A stretch of DNA of 64,000 nucleotides from a virus (lineage: Duplodnaviria; Caudoviricetes): positions 1 to 64,000 of IMG/VR virus record IMGVR_UViG_3300035505_000313; one strand, 5' to 3'. How positions within the stretch are numbered: position 1 is the first letter of the stretch; each line of letters opens with the position of its first letter. The position numbers were made by a program, and so were the translations under genes. Positions 48,795-58,395 of the stretch are shown here, piece after piece. The notes under the pieces are model-generated. The model did not search any database and was not told the origin of the DNA. It worked only from the letters and a program-made list of their open reading frames with translations.

Positions 48795-49897
48795 TATCTT
48801 GCATACTCCTCTATTAAATTTGTATCAATATCTTCTACTTTACCAAACTCATCAGTTATATCAAAGTTGAAGTGCTTTACAATAAATTCTGCTTTACTAT
48901 ACTTTCTAATAGTTCTTATATTATTAGCTAAATACATTTCAGCAGTACTTTTATTATTATTAATTTCATCTTCTCTTATCTTATTTTCTCTAGAAAAATT
49001 TTCTTTAAGTTTTAGAAATGATGACCTAAAACCTAAATGGCATAAATAAGGTTTACCATAAGGAAAATTATCTTTGCTATCATTAGATTTATCAGCATTT
49101 ATTGTATATTCAAACTTAGAAAATGGAATATTAAATAGCCTTACATCACGATAAAATAAAGAACCACTATCCAAATAAGGTGGATTAGATAGACACTCCA
49201 AATAAGGGTCATCTAATGGGTCAAATAGCATATTATTTTCCTTAAGAGTTGATAAATCTAATAAACCATGAAATAAATGAATCCTATATGGAAGAATTCT
49301 TTTACATTCAGGTTTGTAATTATCTAAAGTATCATGAAGCGTTTGTATATAATCTTTAGGAACACCTTTTGATGGTGCTTCATCATATACATTACTTCCC
49401 ATAGATGAAATATTAACAACCATAGCAGAATTATCTAAATACATAGTATCAAACATAGTGTCTAAAAAGTAATCGAAGAAAAATACATCACCATCATTCA
49501 TAAGTAAATATCTAGTTTGTACTTGTTCAAATATATCATTGAACATCACATTTACTTTATATGAATAACATAATGAACCATACTTTGAACTCATTCTTTC
49601 TTCATAGTTTTCTATATATTTCCTATATTTAGGAGACCATGTAATAACTCTAATATCCATTTCTTCTAAAGCTTCTCTAGTTCCATCATTTGAATCATCA
49701 TCAAATACAACTATATTCTTTTTAAGATATGGATAAAAATACAAGAATGAATTAATAGCAAATATTAAAGTTCCTTTAATATTCTTAGCTGAAAAAGCTA
49801 CTGTTAAATCATCATACACATGCCTATTAAATGTATAGTGAATCAAACTTTTAAGCTTATCCTGTTCTGAATAAGGGGTGTTTTCAAATTGAATCAT
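48794..49897 (-). CDS. GT-A fold (GT2-like) glycosyltransferase
   Basis: IVVFDDDSNDGT, YLLMNDGD (DxD), LDSG, HLGF; paralog of the neighbour. Confidence 0.8.
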   Translation of the reverse strand: MIQFENTPYSEQDKLKSLIHYTFNRHVYDDLTVAFSAKNIKGTLIFAINSFLYFYPYLKKNIVVFDDDSNDGTREALEEMDIRVITWSPKYRKYIENYEERMSSKYGSLCYSYKVNVMFNDIFEQVQTRYLLMNDGDVFFFDYFLDTMFDTMYLDNSAMVVNISSMGSNVYDEAPSKGVPKDYIQTLHDTLDNYKPECKRILPYRIHLFHGLLDLSTLKENNMLFDPLDDPYLECLSNPPYLDSGSLFYRDVRLFNIPFSKFEYTINADKSNDSKDNFPYGKPYLCHLGFRSSFLKLKENFSRENKIREDEINNNKSTAEMYLANNIRTIRKYSKAEFIVKHFNFDITDEFGKVEDIDTNLIEEYAR

Positions 49898-49920
49898 AAA
49901 TTATCCTCCTAGTCAAAATA

Positions 49921-49954
49921 AATGGGATAAGATTACGAATAATCTTATCCCATT
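49921..49954 (-). terminator. hairpin / putative terminator
   Basis: AATGGGATAAGATT/AATCTTATCCCATT. Confidence 0.6.
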
Positions 49955-49958
49955 TATT

Positions 49959-50645
49959 TTATTTGTTAAGTCTGTCTTCAATACGTCTTAAAGATGTAAG
50001 AATAGCAGTTAAACTCTGAATCAACAAAGTTTCTGTTTCTTCATTCTCAATAACAGCAGATGTTTCTTCTTTCTTACATCCACAGTTACATGATTCTGCT
50101 TCTTTAGCAGCTTGTTGTTTTCTAAGTTCACCTACAAATGTTCCGTCACCATAAACTTTTTCACTATTACGTTCCATGAATTCCTTTACAGTTTCGTTAA
50201 TATGAGGGAAATTATCTTCATTCCATTTAGCTTCTTCTTGTTTATCAAGAAGGTCTTCTGGATAATGAACTCCTTCTGGGTCTTCATATCTTAGATAATC
50301 TGGATTATGAGATAAATCATCAACAACTTGATATTTCTTAGGATTATATTCTTTCTTCTTAGGTTCTTCACCAACACGAACAACAACATCACATCCATTG
50401 GACGTATCAGGATTATTTACGAATGGACTTCTGTCTACAACATCACACCCATCAGCAGTATCAAATTCAACTTCCCTACAATTACTGATGAAATCTTTAC
50501 TTACTTGGTCATCGTCATTAATAGGAACACATACTACAACATCACAGTTACTAGTATCAACGTCTCCTCTGCATTGACAATCACATCCAACTTCATCTAC
50601 AGAGTAACCTCCAGGATAGTATTTACTTCTATCAAATAAAGCCAT
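49959..50645 (-). CDS. acidic protein with DTxxGCDVV repeats
   Basis: CDCQC, three DT(S/A)xxCDVV units, CNCGC, C-terminal helix. Confidence 0.65.
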   Translation of the reverse strand: MALFDRSKYYPGGYSVDEVGCDCQCRGDVDTSNCDVVVCVPINDDDQVSKDFISNCREVEFDTADGCDVVDRSPFVNNPDTSNGCDVVVRVGEEPKKKEYNPKKYQVVDDLSHNPDYLRYEDPEGVHYPEDLLDKQEEAKWNEDNFPHINETVKEFMERNSEKVYGDGTFVGELRKQQAAKEAESCNCGCKKEETSAVIENEETETLLIQSLTAILTSLRRIEDRLNK

Positions 50646-50710
50646 AATAAGATTCTCCTCCTAATTTTATTTTTAATAAATTATTTCTTCTAGCTTTTAA
50701 AGATTAAACT

Positions 50711-51037
50711 TTATTTACAAGCAGAGCTTACAACTTTGTTAGAGCTTCCACAACCACTATATGTAGGTGTGCTACAAGCAGAAGAAGTTACCTTATTAGA
50801 ACTTCCACAAGAACCATAAGTAGCTGTAGATGGTTTAACTGTACCACATGAAGATGTAGTAGACTTAGAAGTAGAATTCTTAGTCTCTACTACCTTAGTA
50901 TCTACAGTCATACCACACTGACCATAAGTAATAGTAGTTGTCTGAACCAGCTTCTTGAGGTTCTTAGAGTTACATGCTGAATAGGTTGATTCTGGAACTT
51001 TTACGTTCTTCTGTCCATACTTATAAAACTTAGCCAT
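50711..51037 (-). CDS. small Ser/Thr/Cys-rich precursor-like peptide (108 aa)
   Basis: Start revised to MAKF at 51037 (SD AGGAGG); TYGQCG, TYGSCGSSNKVTSSAC, TYSGCGSSNKVVSSAC. Confidence 0.7.
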   Translation of the reverse strand: MAKFYKYGQKNVKVPESTYSACNSKNLKKLVQTTTITYGQCGMTVDTKVVETKNSTSKSTTSSCGTVKPSTATYGSCGSSNKVTSSACSTPTYSGCGSSNKVVSSACK

Positions 51038-51059
51038 AATGTTTTCCTCCTTAAATCTT

Positions 51060-52655
51060 TTAATTATCATATGGTGCATACATATCTACAACATTGCAAG
51101 AACATACATCATTACATGCACAAGTTGTTCTAGTTTCACATAAGGGAACTGAACGAGAATTACATCCACATGTAGTAAAGCTTGTTCTATCTACACAATC
51201 ACAGCTTTGACTAGAAGCAGTACGTGATACACAACTATAATCAGTTGAGTAAACTGTTCTAGCTTCACATATTGTATCTAATGCAGTAGTTGTACGCACA
51301 TTACATGTACAATCTACAGCTTGTGTTGTACGTGCAAGGCATACTTTATCAGCAGCATAAGCTGTCCTTGATGCACAATCCGAACTGTATTCTATATAGT
51401 TTGTTGACGTTCTTGATGTACAAACTGACTTTTGGGTTGTTCTACTATTACAAGTACATATTTCTTTGTAGTCAAAAACTTGGTCATTTTTGTCTATATT
51501 ACAACTGCAAGAAACTCCTATATATGCTGTAACTGATACCCTAGATATACAAGTATAATATGAGTAAGTACGTGAATTACAAGTGCAATTAGCTCCACTA
51601 TCAGAGCAAGCAGAATAACTTCCAGAATATCCTGAAGCTATTTTTACAGCATTACATGTACAAGCAAATATACTATCAGAAGTATTTACTGAATTACAGT
51701 CACATGCTGGAACATATTGAGTTGTAGTTCTAGCTGGACATACACTATTATTTGAATTTGTACGTGTGTCACATAAGCAACAACTATTATATTGCTTAAA
51801 ACTAAGTGTATCACTATAACCAACAGTATTACAAAAACAAGCTGGTTTTACTGCAGATGTACCTACAGTATTACATTTACATGAAGCACCTACTCCATAA
51901 TCAACTGAAGTCCTAGTATTACATTCACATGATTCTGAGTAAGTAGTTCTAGATACACAATCGCATACATCTAAAACCTTACCATCTTTGTCAGGTGCTA
52001 TTCTAGAAAAACATGTACAAGTTGTTCCATAAGTAATATCTTTCTTAGGTTCTTGAACTATACTAACTCTTGAACCACATAATATAGCATCTTCATGGTC
52101 ATTTGCTGTTCTAGAATCACAATCACAAGTTACTACACCTAAATCAATATATCCTGCTGTTCTAGAATCACATACACAAGTTATTCCATACACATTAGGA
52201 GAGTACTCAGAAGTTCTAGAATTACACATACAAGCTTCATCAGCATGAATTCTAGAATTACATTCGCAACTTGCATAATAATAAGTCCTTGCTTGACAGA
52301 TAGGAGTAGAATATGGTTTCTCAACTTCTTCACATTCCAAAGTTCTAGAATTACATTCACAAGTGGATGTATTATAAGTAACTATAGTTGTTCTAGACCC
52401 ACATATCATTGTGGTATTTGGTATAAAGTTTGTGACTTCTTTTAAATCTGCTGGTGTCTTTTCCATTACATGATGAATATGACCATTACAATCAGCTCTA
52501 TCAATAGCTTCTCTACGATTATTCATATCTTGTACTAGATTCTTAAGCTGATTTAAAGAACCACGAAAGTTAGCAAAAGGGTCATAACCACGAAGCTTAA
52601 CCATTTCTTCATGTATATCACCTAATGATATTTCTTTTTTATTCCATTCAGACAT
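51060..52655 (-). CDS. CxCxxR-repeat Cys-rich protein with conserved N-terminal leader
   Basis: 531 aa; dozens of CxCxSR/CxSRT units. Confidence 0.8.
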   Translation of the reverse strand: MSEWNKKEISLGDIHEEMVKLRGYDPFANFRGSLNQLKNLVQDMNNRREAIDRADCNGHIHHVMEKTPADLKEVTNFIPNTTMICGSRTTIVTYNTSTCECNSRTLECEEVEKPYSTPICQARTYYYASCECNSRIHADEACMCNSRTSEYSPNVYGITCVCDSRTAGYIDLGVVTCDCDSRTANDHEDAILCGSRVSIVQEPKKDITYGTTCTCFSRIAPDKDGKVLDVCDCVSRTTYSESCECNTRTSVDYGVGASCKCNTVGTSAVKPACFCNTVGYSDTLSFKQYNSCCLCDTRTNSNNSVCPARTTTQYVPACDCNSVNTSDSIFACTCNAVKIASGYSGSYSACSDSGANCTCNSRTYSYYTCISRVSVTAYIGVSCSCNIDKNDQVFDYKEICTCNSRTTQKSVCTSRTSTNYIEYSSDCASRTAYAADKVCLARTTQAVDCTCNVRTTTALDTICEARTVYSTDYSCVSRTASSQSCDCVDRTSFTTCGCNSRSVPLCETRTTCACNDVCSCNVVDMYAPYDN

Positions 52656-52670
52656 ATATTCTTCTCCTTT

Positions 52671-53648
52671 CTATTTATTAAATATACTAACTCCACCATC
52701 ACAAGTGCATACTGATTGGCAAGCACATGATACTCTAGATTCACATTCGGAAGTTGAACGAGAATTACAATAACAACCAAAGTTAGTAGTTCTATCAACA
52801 CAGCTACATGAGAATACTTTAGTTACTCTAGAGTTACAAGCACAATCCGTTATTCTTGCAGTTCTATTATTACACTCACAAGATTCTGTTGCTGTACTTC
52901 TAGAATTACATGAACATGTTACAACTGTTCTATTCTCGCAACTACATCCAACATAAGTTAAAATCTCATCAGCATTACATTCACAGCCTTTAGGAGCTTC
53001 TTTATCTATTTGTATTCTTGAATCACAAGTACATACTTCGACTAACTCTGACGGACAGTCGGAGTTAGGATATTTTACATAAGATGTAACACTATCCATA
53101 GTGTTAGTTACTCTTGATTGACAGGTAATTATAGGTGTATATGTATAACCACTTCTGTCATTACATAAACAATCACTTTCATTACCATATATAGAATCAT
53201 CTCTATAAGTAGTTCTAGCTAAACAAGTTACATCAGGAACATAATTAGTCCTAGATGAACAAACAGTATCAACGCTATATGTAGTCCTAGAGCTACATAT
53301 AGCGGATACTTGTGGATTTGTTACTTTATCACACGTTAAAGTTCTAGTGTGACATTCACATGTAATATTATTATTGCAATCACATGTGTATAACTGTTCA
53401 GAAGAACAGAGAGATTTTATATTTGGTAGTCTTTTAAATACTGTGTTAGTATTTACTTCATTTCCGTAATTTTCTACTGGCATTGAAAAGTCAGTATGTT
53501 CAGGACAATAACTTTCATTTCTTACTTCATTCATAGAATTAAGCATTTCTTTTAGCTCATTCAAAGAATCGTATTCTTCAGTTTTATATCCACCCTTACT
53601 TTTCAATCCACCATGTAAATCACCTAATGAATCTCTATAATCAGCCAT
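52671..53648 (-). CDS. CxCxxR-repeat Cys-rich protein with conserved N-terminal leader
   Basis: 325 aa; SD GGAGG. Confidence 0.8.
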   Translation of the reverse strand: MADYRDSLGDLHGGLKSKGGYKTEEYDSLNELKEMLNSMNEVRNESYCPEHTDFSMPVENYGNEVNTNTVFKRLPNIKSLCSSEQLYTCDCNNNITCECHTRTLTCDKVTNPQVSAICSSRTTYSVDTVCSSRTNYVPDVTCLARTTYRDDSIYGNESDCLCNDRSGYTYTPIITCQSRVTNTMDSVTSYVKYPNSDCPSELVEVCTCDSRIQIDKEAPKGCECNADEILTYVGCSCENRTVVTCSCNSRSTATESCECNNRTARITDCACNSRVTKVFSCSCVDRTTNFGCYCNSRSTSECESRVSCACQSVCTCDGGVSIFNK

Positions 53649-53670
53649 ATATAAAACCTCCTATGAATTA

Positions 53671-55353
53671 TTATTCATATTTAATTACTTGGTTACAGCT
53701 ACATATATTTGACATACTAGCTGTACGTGATGGACACAATGAACCAGTTCTTGTATTACAACCACATGATGTAGCGATTGTTCTAGAAGCACAATCGGTA
53801 ACAACATTAGTTCTTGTATTACAAGTACAATTTGCAGTATATACAGAATCATACACTCTATCTGGTTCATCAACTGACCCCATCTCAATCTTATTATAAG
53901 TACCTTGTGTTCTTTCAACACAATCACAAATACTAGTTGAAGCTACACGACTAGCACAAATGTCTGAATAAACATAAGCAGTATTAGCTGTTCTGTTTAC
54001 ACAAGGACAATCTGCTACAGATGTAGCTACCGTTCTTACATTACATATACAATCCACTTTAGCAGTTGTTCTAGATGCACATGTTACTTGAGTTAAGTTA
54101 ACTGTATGAGAACTACAACCACCATCACATGTTCCATAACCAGTACCACATACACTATAATAACTAGTACCACAAGAGGATATATAACCGAATGTATCAC
54201 ATTCTGAATAATAAGAAGAAGCCATACTATCATTACCTCCATTTAAACTTTGATTACTACTACATACACTATAGACCACTGTATCAGTGTTACTATTATA
54301 GTAAGCAAAACTACCACCACCATATAGTTCAACGTAACTATCTGATACTGGTACTACGTTTGAAGGACAACTATAAGTAGTCCTTGCATCACACAAACAA
54401 TTATCATTTGTGCTTTCATATATTGTATCACTTCCACCATAAGCGATATTCTTTGTACAATCAACAGTTGCTACTGTATTGCAAGAACAGCCAGTTCTTC
54501 CATTACATATACAAGTAGTATCTGTTTTATTATATGAATAATCAGGAACAGTTATCTTATCAGAAGTATAACCAGTTCTTGAATTACATACACAAGTAGT
54601 TCTAGAATTACATGAACACATTTCACATGCACTGTAATCCACAACACTGTCATTAACTTTATCACTATCAACTGTTGTTCCTACCCTTGAACCACATACT
54701 GTTTTTGTTCTAGAGTTACATGAACAATCTCCACATCCACTAGTTAACCAGTCAATAGCATAATCACTAGTTGTAGAATAAGTTACCCTTGAACCACATA
54801 CTGTTTTTGTTCTAGAGTTACATGAGCAATCTCCACATCCACTAGTTAACCAGTCAATAGCATATTCACTAGTTGCAGAAGTTCCAGCTCTTGAACCACA
54901 TACTGTTTTTGTTCTAGAGTTACATGAACATGTTCCACATCCACTAGTCAAATAATCTGCAGCATATGTGTTACTAACTGAATAAGTTACCCTTGAACCA
55001 CATACTGTTTTTGTTCTAGAGTTACATGAACATGTTCCACATCCACTAGTCAAATAATCTGCAGTATAAGCCTTAGAAGCTGTAGTTCCAGTTCTTGAAC
55101 TACAATCTACAGCTGTTCTAGATGAACATACAGAAGCTGCAGATGTTGATGTTTCAGTAGTTGTTCTAGATACACATGCACAAACATAATCTCTAGAGTA
55201 AGAACCACCTACATAGCTTGATGTATAAGCACCACCAACATAAGTTGTATAATAAGCACTACCTACATAATTAGTAGTATAAGCACCACCAACATACACT
55301 GATGTATAAGTATTTCCATATGTAGCGGTATAATAACTTGCATAAGAACCCAT
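53671..55353 (-). CDS. CxCxxR-repeat Cys-rich protein with YVGGxY N-terminus
   Basis: 560 aa; four 34-aa tandem repeats. Confidence 0.8.
   Translation of the reverse strand: MGSYASYYTATYGNTYTSVYVGGAYTTNYVGSAYYTTYVGGAYTSSYVGGSYSRDYVCACVSRTTTETSTSAASVCSSRTAVDCSSRTGTTASKAYTADYLTSGCGTCSCNSRTKTVCGSRVTYSVSNTYAADYLTSGCGTCSCNSRTKTVCGSRAGTSATSEYAIDWLTSGCGDCSCNSRTKTVCGSRVTYSTTSDYAIDWLTSGCGDCSCNSRTKTVCGSRVGTTVDSDKVNDSVVDYSACEMCSCNSRTTCVCNSRTGYTSDKITVPDYSYNKTDTTCICNGRTGCSCNTVATVDCTKNIAYGGSDTIYESTNDNCLCDARTTYSCPSNVVPVSDSYVELYGGGSFAYYNSNTDTVVYSVCSSNQSLNGGNDSMASSYYSECDTFGYISSCGTSYYSVCGTGYGTCDGGCSSHTVNLTQVTCASRTTAKVDCICNVRTVATSVADCPCVNRTANTAYVYSDICASRVASTSICDCVERTQGTYNKIEMGSVDEPDRVYDSVYTANCTCNTRTNVVTDCASRTIATSCGCNTRTGSLCPSRTASMSNICSCNQVIKYE
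54690..55075. repeat. 102-nt (34 aa) coding tandem repeat, 4 copies
   Basis: YxxD(Y/W)LTSGCGxCSCNSRTKTVCGSR units with near-identical DNA cores. Confidence 0.85.
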
Positions 55354-55367
55354 TAATCACACACCTC

Positions 55368-56519
55368 CTAACATCCACCATAACAAGCAGAGGAACTTGA
55401 AGAATATGTGTTAGTATTGCAATAACAATCAGTTCTAGAATTACATGAACATACACTATTACAAGAGCAAGCAGCATTACATGTACAAACACTTTCACAT
55501 GTGCAACAAGCAGAAGTACTTGTTCTACCATTACAACTACAAGTAGTGCTGTAATTAGTTCTTCCATGACAACTGCAAGATGTTACTGAACTTGTTCTAC
55601 CATTACAACTACAAGAATAAGTAGTACTTGTTCTACCATTACAATCACATACACTTCTTGAACCACATTGAACTGTAGCTGATGTGTATGAATAAGATGT
55701 AGTTCTTGATTCACAAGTACAACCATAACAAGCTGAATAAGTAGTATCTGTATAATTATAAGTTCTAGAATTACAAGAACAAGCAGTTCTAGCATTACAA
55801 GAGCATCCTGTGTCTGTATCATAATAAGTTTTATCAGAAGCATAATCTGCTGTTACAGTAGATGTTGTTCTGGAATTACAAGAACAGGTTGTTCTAGAAT
55901 TACAAGTACATTTAGTATCTTCACTATAATATGACTTATCAGCAGTATATAATGTGTCACCATAATTATATGTCCTAGCATTACATGTACAAGTTGTTCT
56001 GGAATTACAAGTACATTTAGTATCTTCACTATAATATGATTTATCTGATGTGTAATCTGCTGTTACATTAGATGTTGTTCGACTACCGCATACAGTAAGT
56101 GTTCTAGAATTACAAGAACATTTAGTATCTGTATCATAATATGAATTATCAGCAGTATATAATACATCACTAGTACCTTTTGTTCTAGTATTACATGAAC
56201 AAGCAGTTCTAGAATCACATGTACAAATTGAATTTCCATATACATCATCAAAATAAAAATCTCCACATGAAGAACTATAAGCTGAACGTGATGCACAAGC
56301 AACCCCAGTTCTAGAATTACATGAACACTCTCCACAACCACTAGTATAAAAATCTTCTGTATAAGTACTTGAATTTGTATAAGTAGTTCTAGCTGTACAT
56401 ACAATAGATGTTCTAGTATTACAAGTACATTTAGTACCTACACCATAAGAATAATCTGATACTTTATCACCTTGACTTATTGCATAAGTAGTACGTGAAT
56501 TACATACACAATATGACAT
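55368..56519 (-). CDS. CxCxxR-repeat Cys-rich protein (no leader)
   Basis: 383 aa; starts MSYCVCNSRTT; ADKSYYSEDTKCTCNSR repeats. Confidence 0.8.
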   Translation of the reverse strand: MSYCVCNSRTTYAISQGDKVSDYSYGVGTKCTCNTRTSIVCTARTTYTNSSTYTEDFYTSGCGECSCNSRTGVACASRSAYSSSCGDFYFDDVYGNSICTCDSRTACSCNTRTKGTSDVLYTADNSYYDTDTKCSCNSRTLTVCGSRTTSNVTADYTSDKSYYSEDTKCTCNSRTTCTCNARTYNYGDTLYTADKSYYSEDTKCTCNSRTTCSCNSRTTSTVTADYASDKTYYDTDTGCSCNARTACSCNSRTYNYTDTTYSACYGCTCESRTTSYSYTSATVQCGSRSVCDCNGRTSTTYSCSCNGRTSSVTSCSCHGRTNYSTTCSCNGRTSTSACCTCESVCTCNAACSCNSVCSCNSRTDCYCNTNTYSSSSSACYGGC

Positions 56520-56546
56520 AATATTCCTCCTTTCATTTAGTATTAT

Positions 56547-56583
56547 ATTATGTGGTAAACAAGAATCTTGTTTACCACATAAT
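56547..56583 (-). terminator. hairpin / putative terminator
   Basis: ATTATGTGGTAAAC/GTTTACCACATAAT. Confidence 0.6.
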
Positions 56584-56590
56584 CTTAAAT

Positions 56591-57091
56591 CTATCTAGCA
56601 GAGCCATAAAGCCTTACATTGCAATCGCATGATACCCCACATTCTGAATAAACATCAGTTGTTCTAGCATCACAATCGCATGTTCCGCCACATGCTGTAT
56701 AAACATAATTACTTCTAGTATTACATGAACAAGCATCACCACATGCAGTATATGCTGTTGATGTTCTTACATTACAAGTACAACTTGCTGCATAAGTACA
56801 AGCTGAGTAACCTCCAGTTCTTGAATGGCAGTCACAACCTGTTTGGCACATAGTATAAGCATAAGTTCTACTAGCACATAAAGTAGCATCACCACCACAA
56901 TGCGTATAATAAGCAGTTCTATTATTACATGAACATACTTGTTGTACGGAAGTTCTAACATTACAAGAACATTCAACAGTTGTTGCTGTCCTTGATTCAC
57001 AAGTACAACTTACGCCACCTCTAGAAACACATGAACATGAGGCGTAACTTCCAGTAGCATAAGCAGTTCTACCATTACAACTACAAGACAT
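56591..57091 (-). CDS. CxCxxR-repeat Cys-rich protein (no leader)
   Basis: 166 aa, 27 Cys and 10 CxCxxR motifs by manual count. Confidence 0.8.
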   Translation of the reverse strand: MSCSCNGRTAYATGSYASCSCVSRGGVSCTCESRTATTVECSCNVRTSVQQVCSCNNRTAYYTHCGGDATLCASRTYAYTMCQTGCDCHSRTGGYSACTYAASCTCNVRTSTAYTACGDACSCNTRSNYVYTACGGTCDCDARTTDVYSECGVSCDCNVRLYGSAR

Positions 57092-57106
57092 ATTATCACC
57101 CCCTTC

Positions 57107-58279
57107 TTAACAAGCACTACTACAACTGCTATCTGCAACTAAAGAAACACAATCGCTATATGAATAAGTATAATAAGAAGTTCTAGACTTACAATCACAA
57201 CCAGATGTATAAACATTACCCAAACAGCATGAAGCATAACCTGTTCTTGATGCACAATCTGCACCAACATATTGATTTACATTGCCACTACAATCTGCAT
57301 AAGCAACAGTTGTTTTTGTTTCTGTTCGGGAAACACAACTACATTCTTTCTTTGTTGCACTAACTACATTAGTTCTAGTTTGACATAAAGACACTGCAAC
57401 ATAAGTTTTAGTTTCAGCTAAATTATCTTTACATACGCAACCAGTCCAATATGCTGTGGTATTCTTATCTCTAGATTCACAAGCACAACCTTCATAACAA
57501 GCTGAGTATACATATTCAGCTCTTGAATTACAACTACAACCAGTATATGTAAATGTAATTTGTGAAGTTCTTGATTCGCATAAACATGAATATGTTGTAG
57601 GAGTATTAACTACATCAGATGTTGTTGTATAAGTGGTTCTATTTTCACAATCACATGTACTATTAGCATAAGTTGTACCTGTTCTTGTGTTACAATCACA
57701 GGCTGGAGTTTCAGTACCATTTAAGTTTGCTACTGTATTACAACTACAGTTGTAATCAGTTGTCTGTCTTGTATTACAACTACATACTGTAGTTTGTGTA
57801 TCTTTAGTTGATACTGTATTACAAGTACAGCCATACCCAGTACCTACACTTGTTCTAGTATCACATTTACAAACTGAATTAGTAGTATCACTATAAAGTG
57901 AATCACTTTTATTTATATAAGTAGTATCAACTTTAATCCCCGATACTTCAGAACACTCAGAAATTCTAACATCACAAGCACAAATATTATCATCAACTTT
58001 TTGGTCATAAGTAGACACTAACTTCTTAGTTCCAGCTTTTTGCAAGGACTTATTTATATCCATCAAACTAAGATTAGCTGAAGTCAAACTAAAGTCTTGA
58101 TGAGAAGCACATTGCACTGGTAAACCATCTACAATATCAACAGTCTGAGAACGTGTTTTATTCATACTGTTTACCAAATTTCTTAACTGATTAAGAGATT
58201 TGTATTTATCAGTATCTATTTCAAAACCTTGCTTAAGTTCAGCTTCTTGATGAAGTTCATTTAATGAATTTCTACTCAT
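57107..58279 (-). CDS. CxCxxR-repeat Cys-rich protein with conserved N-terminal leader
   Basis: 390 aa; SD AGGAGG. Confidence 0.8.
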   Translation of the reverse strand: MSRNSLNELHQEAELKQGFEIDTDKYKSLNQLRNLVNSMNKTRSQTVDIVDGLPVQCASHQDFSLTSANLSLMDINKSLQKAGTKKLVSTYDQKVDDNICACDVRISECSEVSGIKVDTTYINKSDSLYSDTTNSVCKCDTRTSVGTGYGCTCNTVSTKDTQTTVCSCNTRQTTDYNCSCNTVANLNGTETPACDCNTRTGTTYANSTCDCENRTTYTTTSDVVNTPTTYSCLCESRTSQITFTYTGCSCNSRAEYVYSACYEGCACESRDKNTTAYWTGCVCKDNLAETKTYVAVSLCQTRTNVVSATKKECSCVSRTETKTTVAYADCSGNVNQYVGADCASRTGYASCCLGNVYTSGCDCKSRTSYYTYSYSDCVSLVADSSCSSAC

Positions 58280-58346
58280 AAGGTAGACCTCCTTTCAGAA
58301 AATATAATATTATTAATATAATGAATAGTTCTTATTATATAAAATG

Positions 58347-58385
58347 AATATGAGATATACTAGATAAACTAGTATATCTCATATT
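58347..58385 (-). terminator. hairpin / putative terminator
   Basis: AATATGAGATATACTAG/CTAGTATATCTCATATT 17-bp stem. Confidence 0.65.
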
Positions 58386-58395
58386 TTTTATTTAT

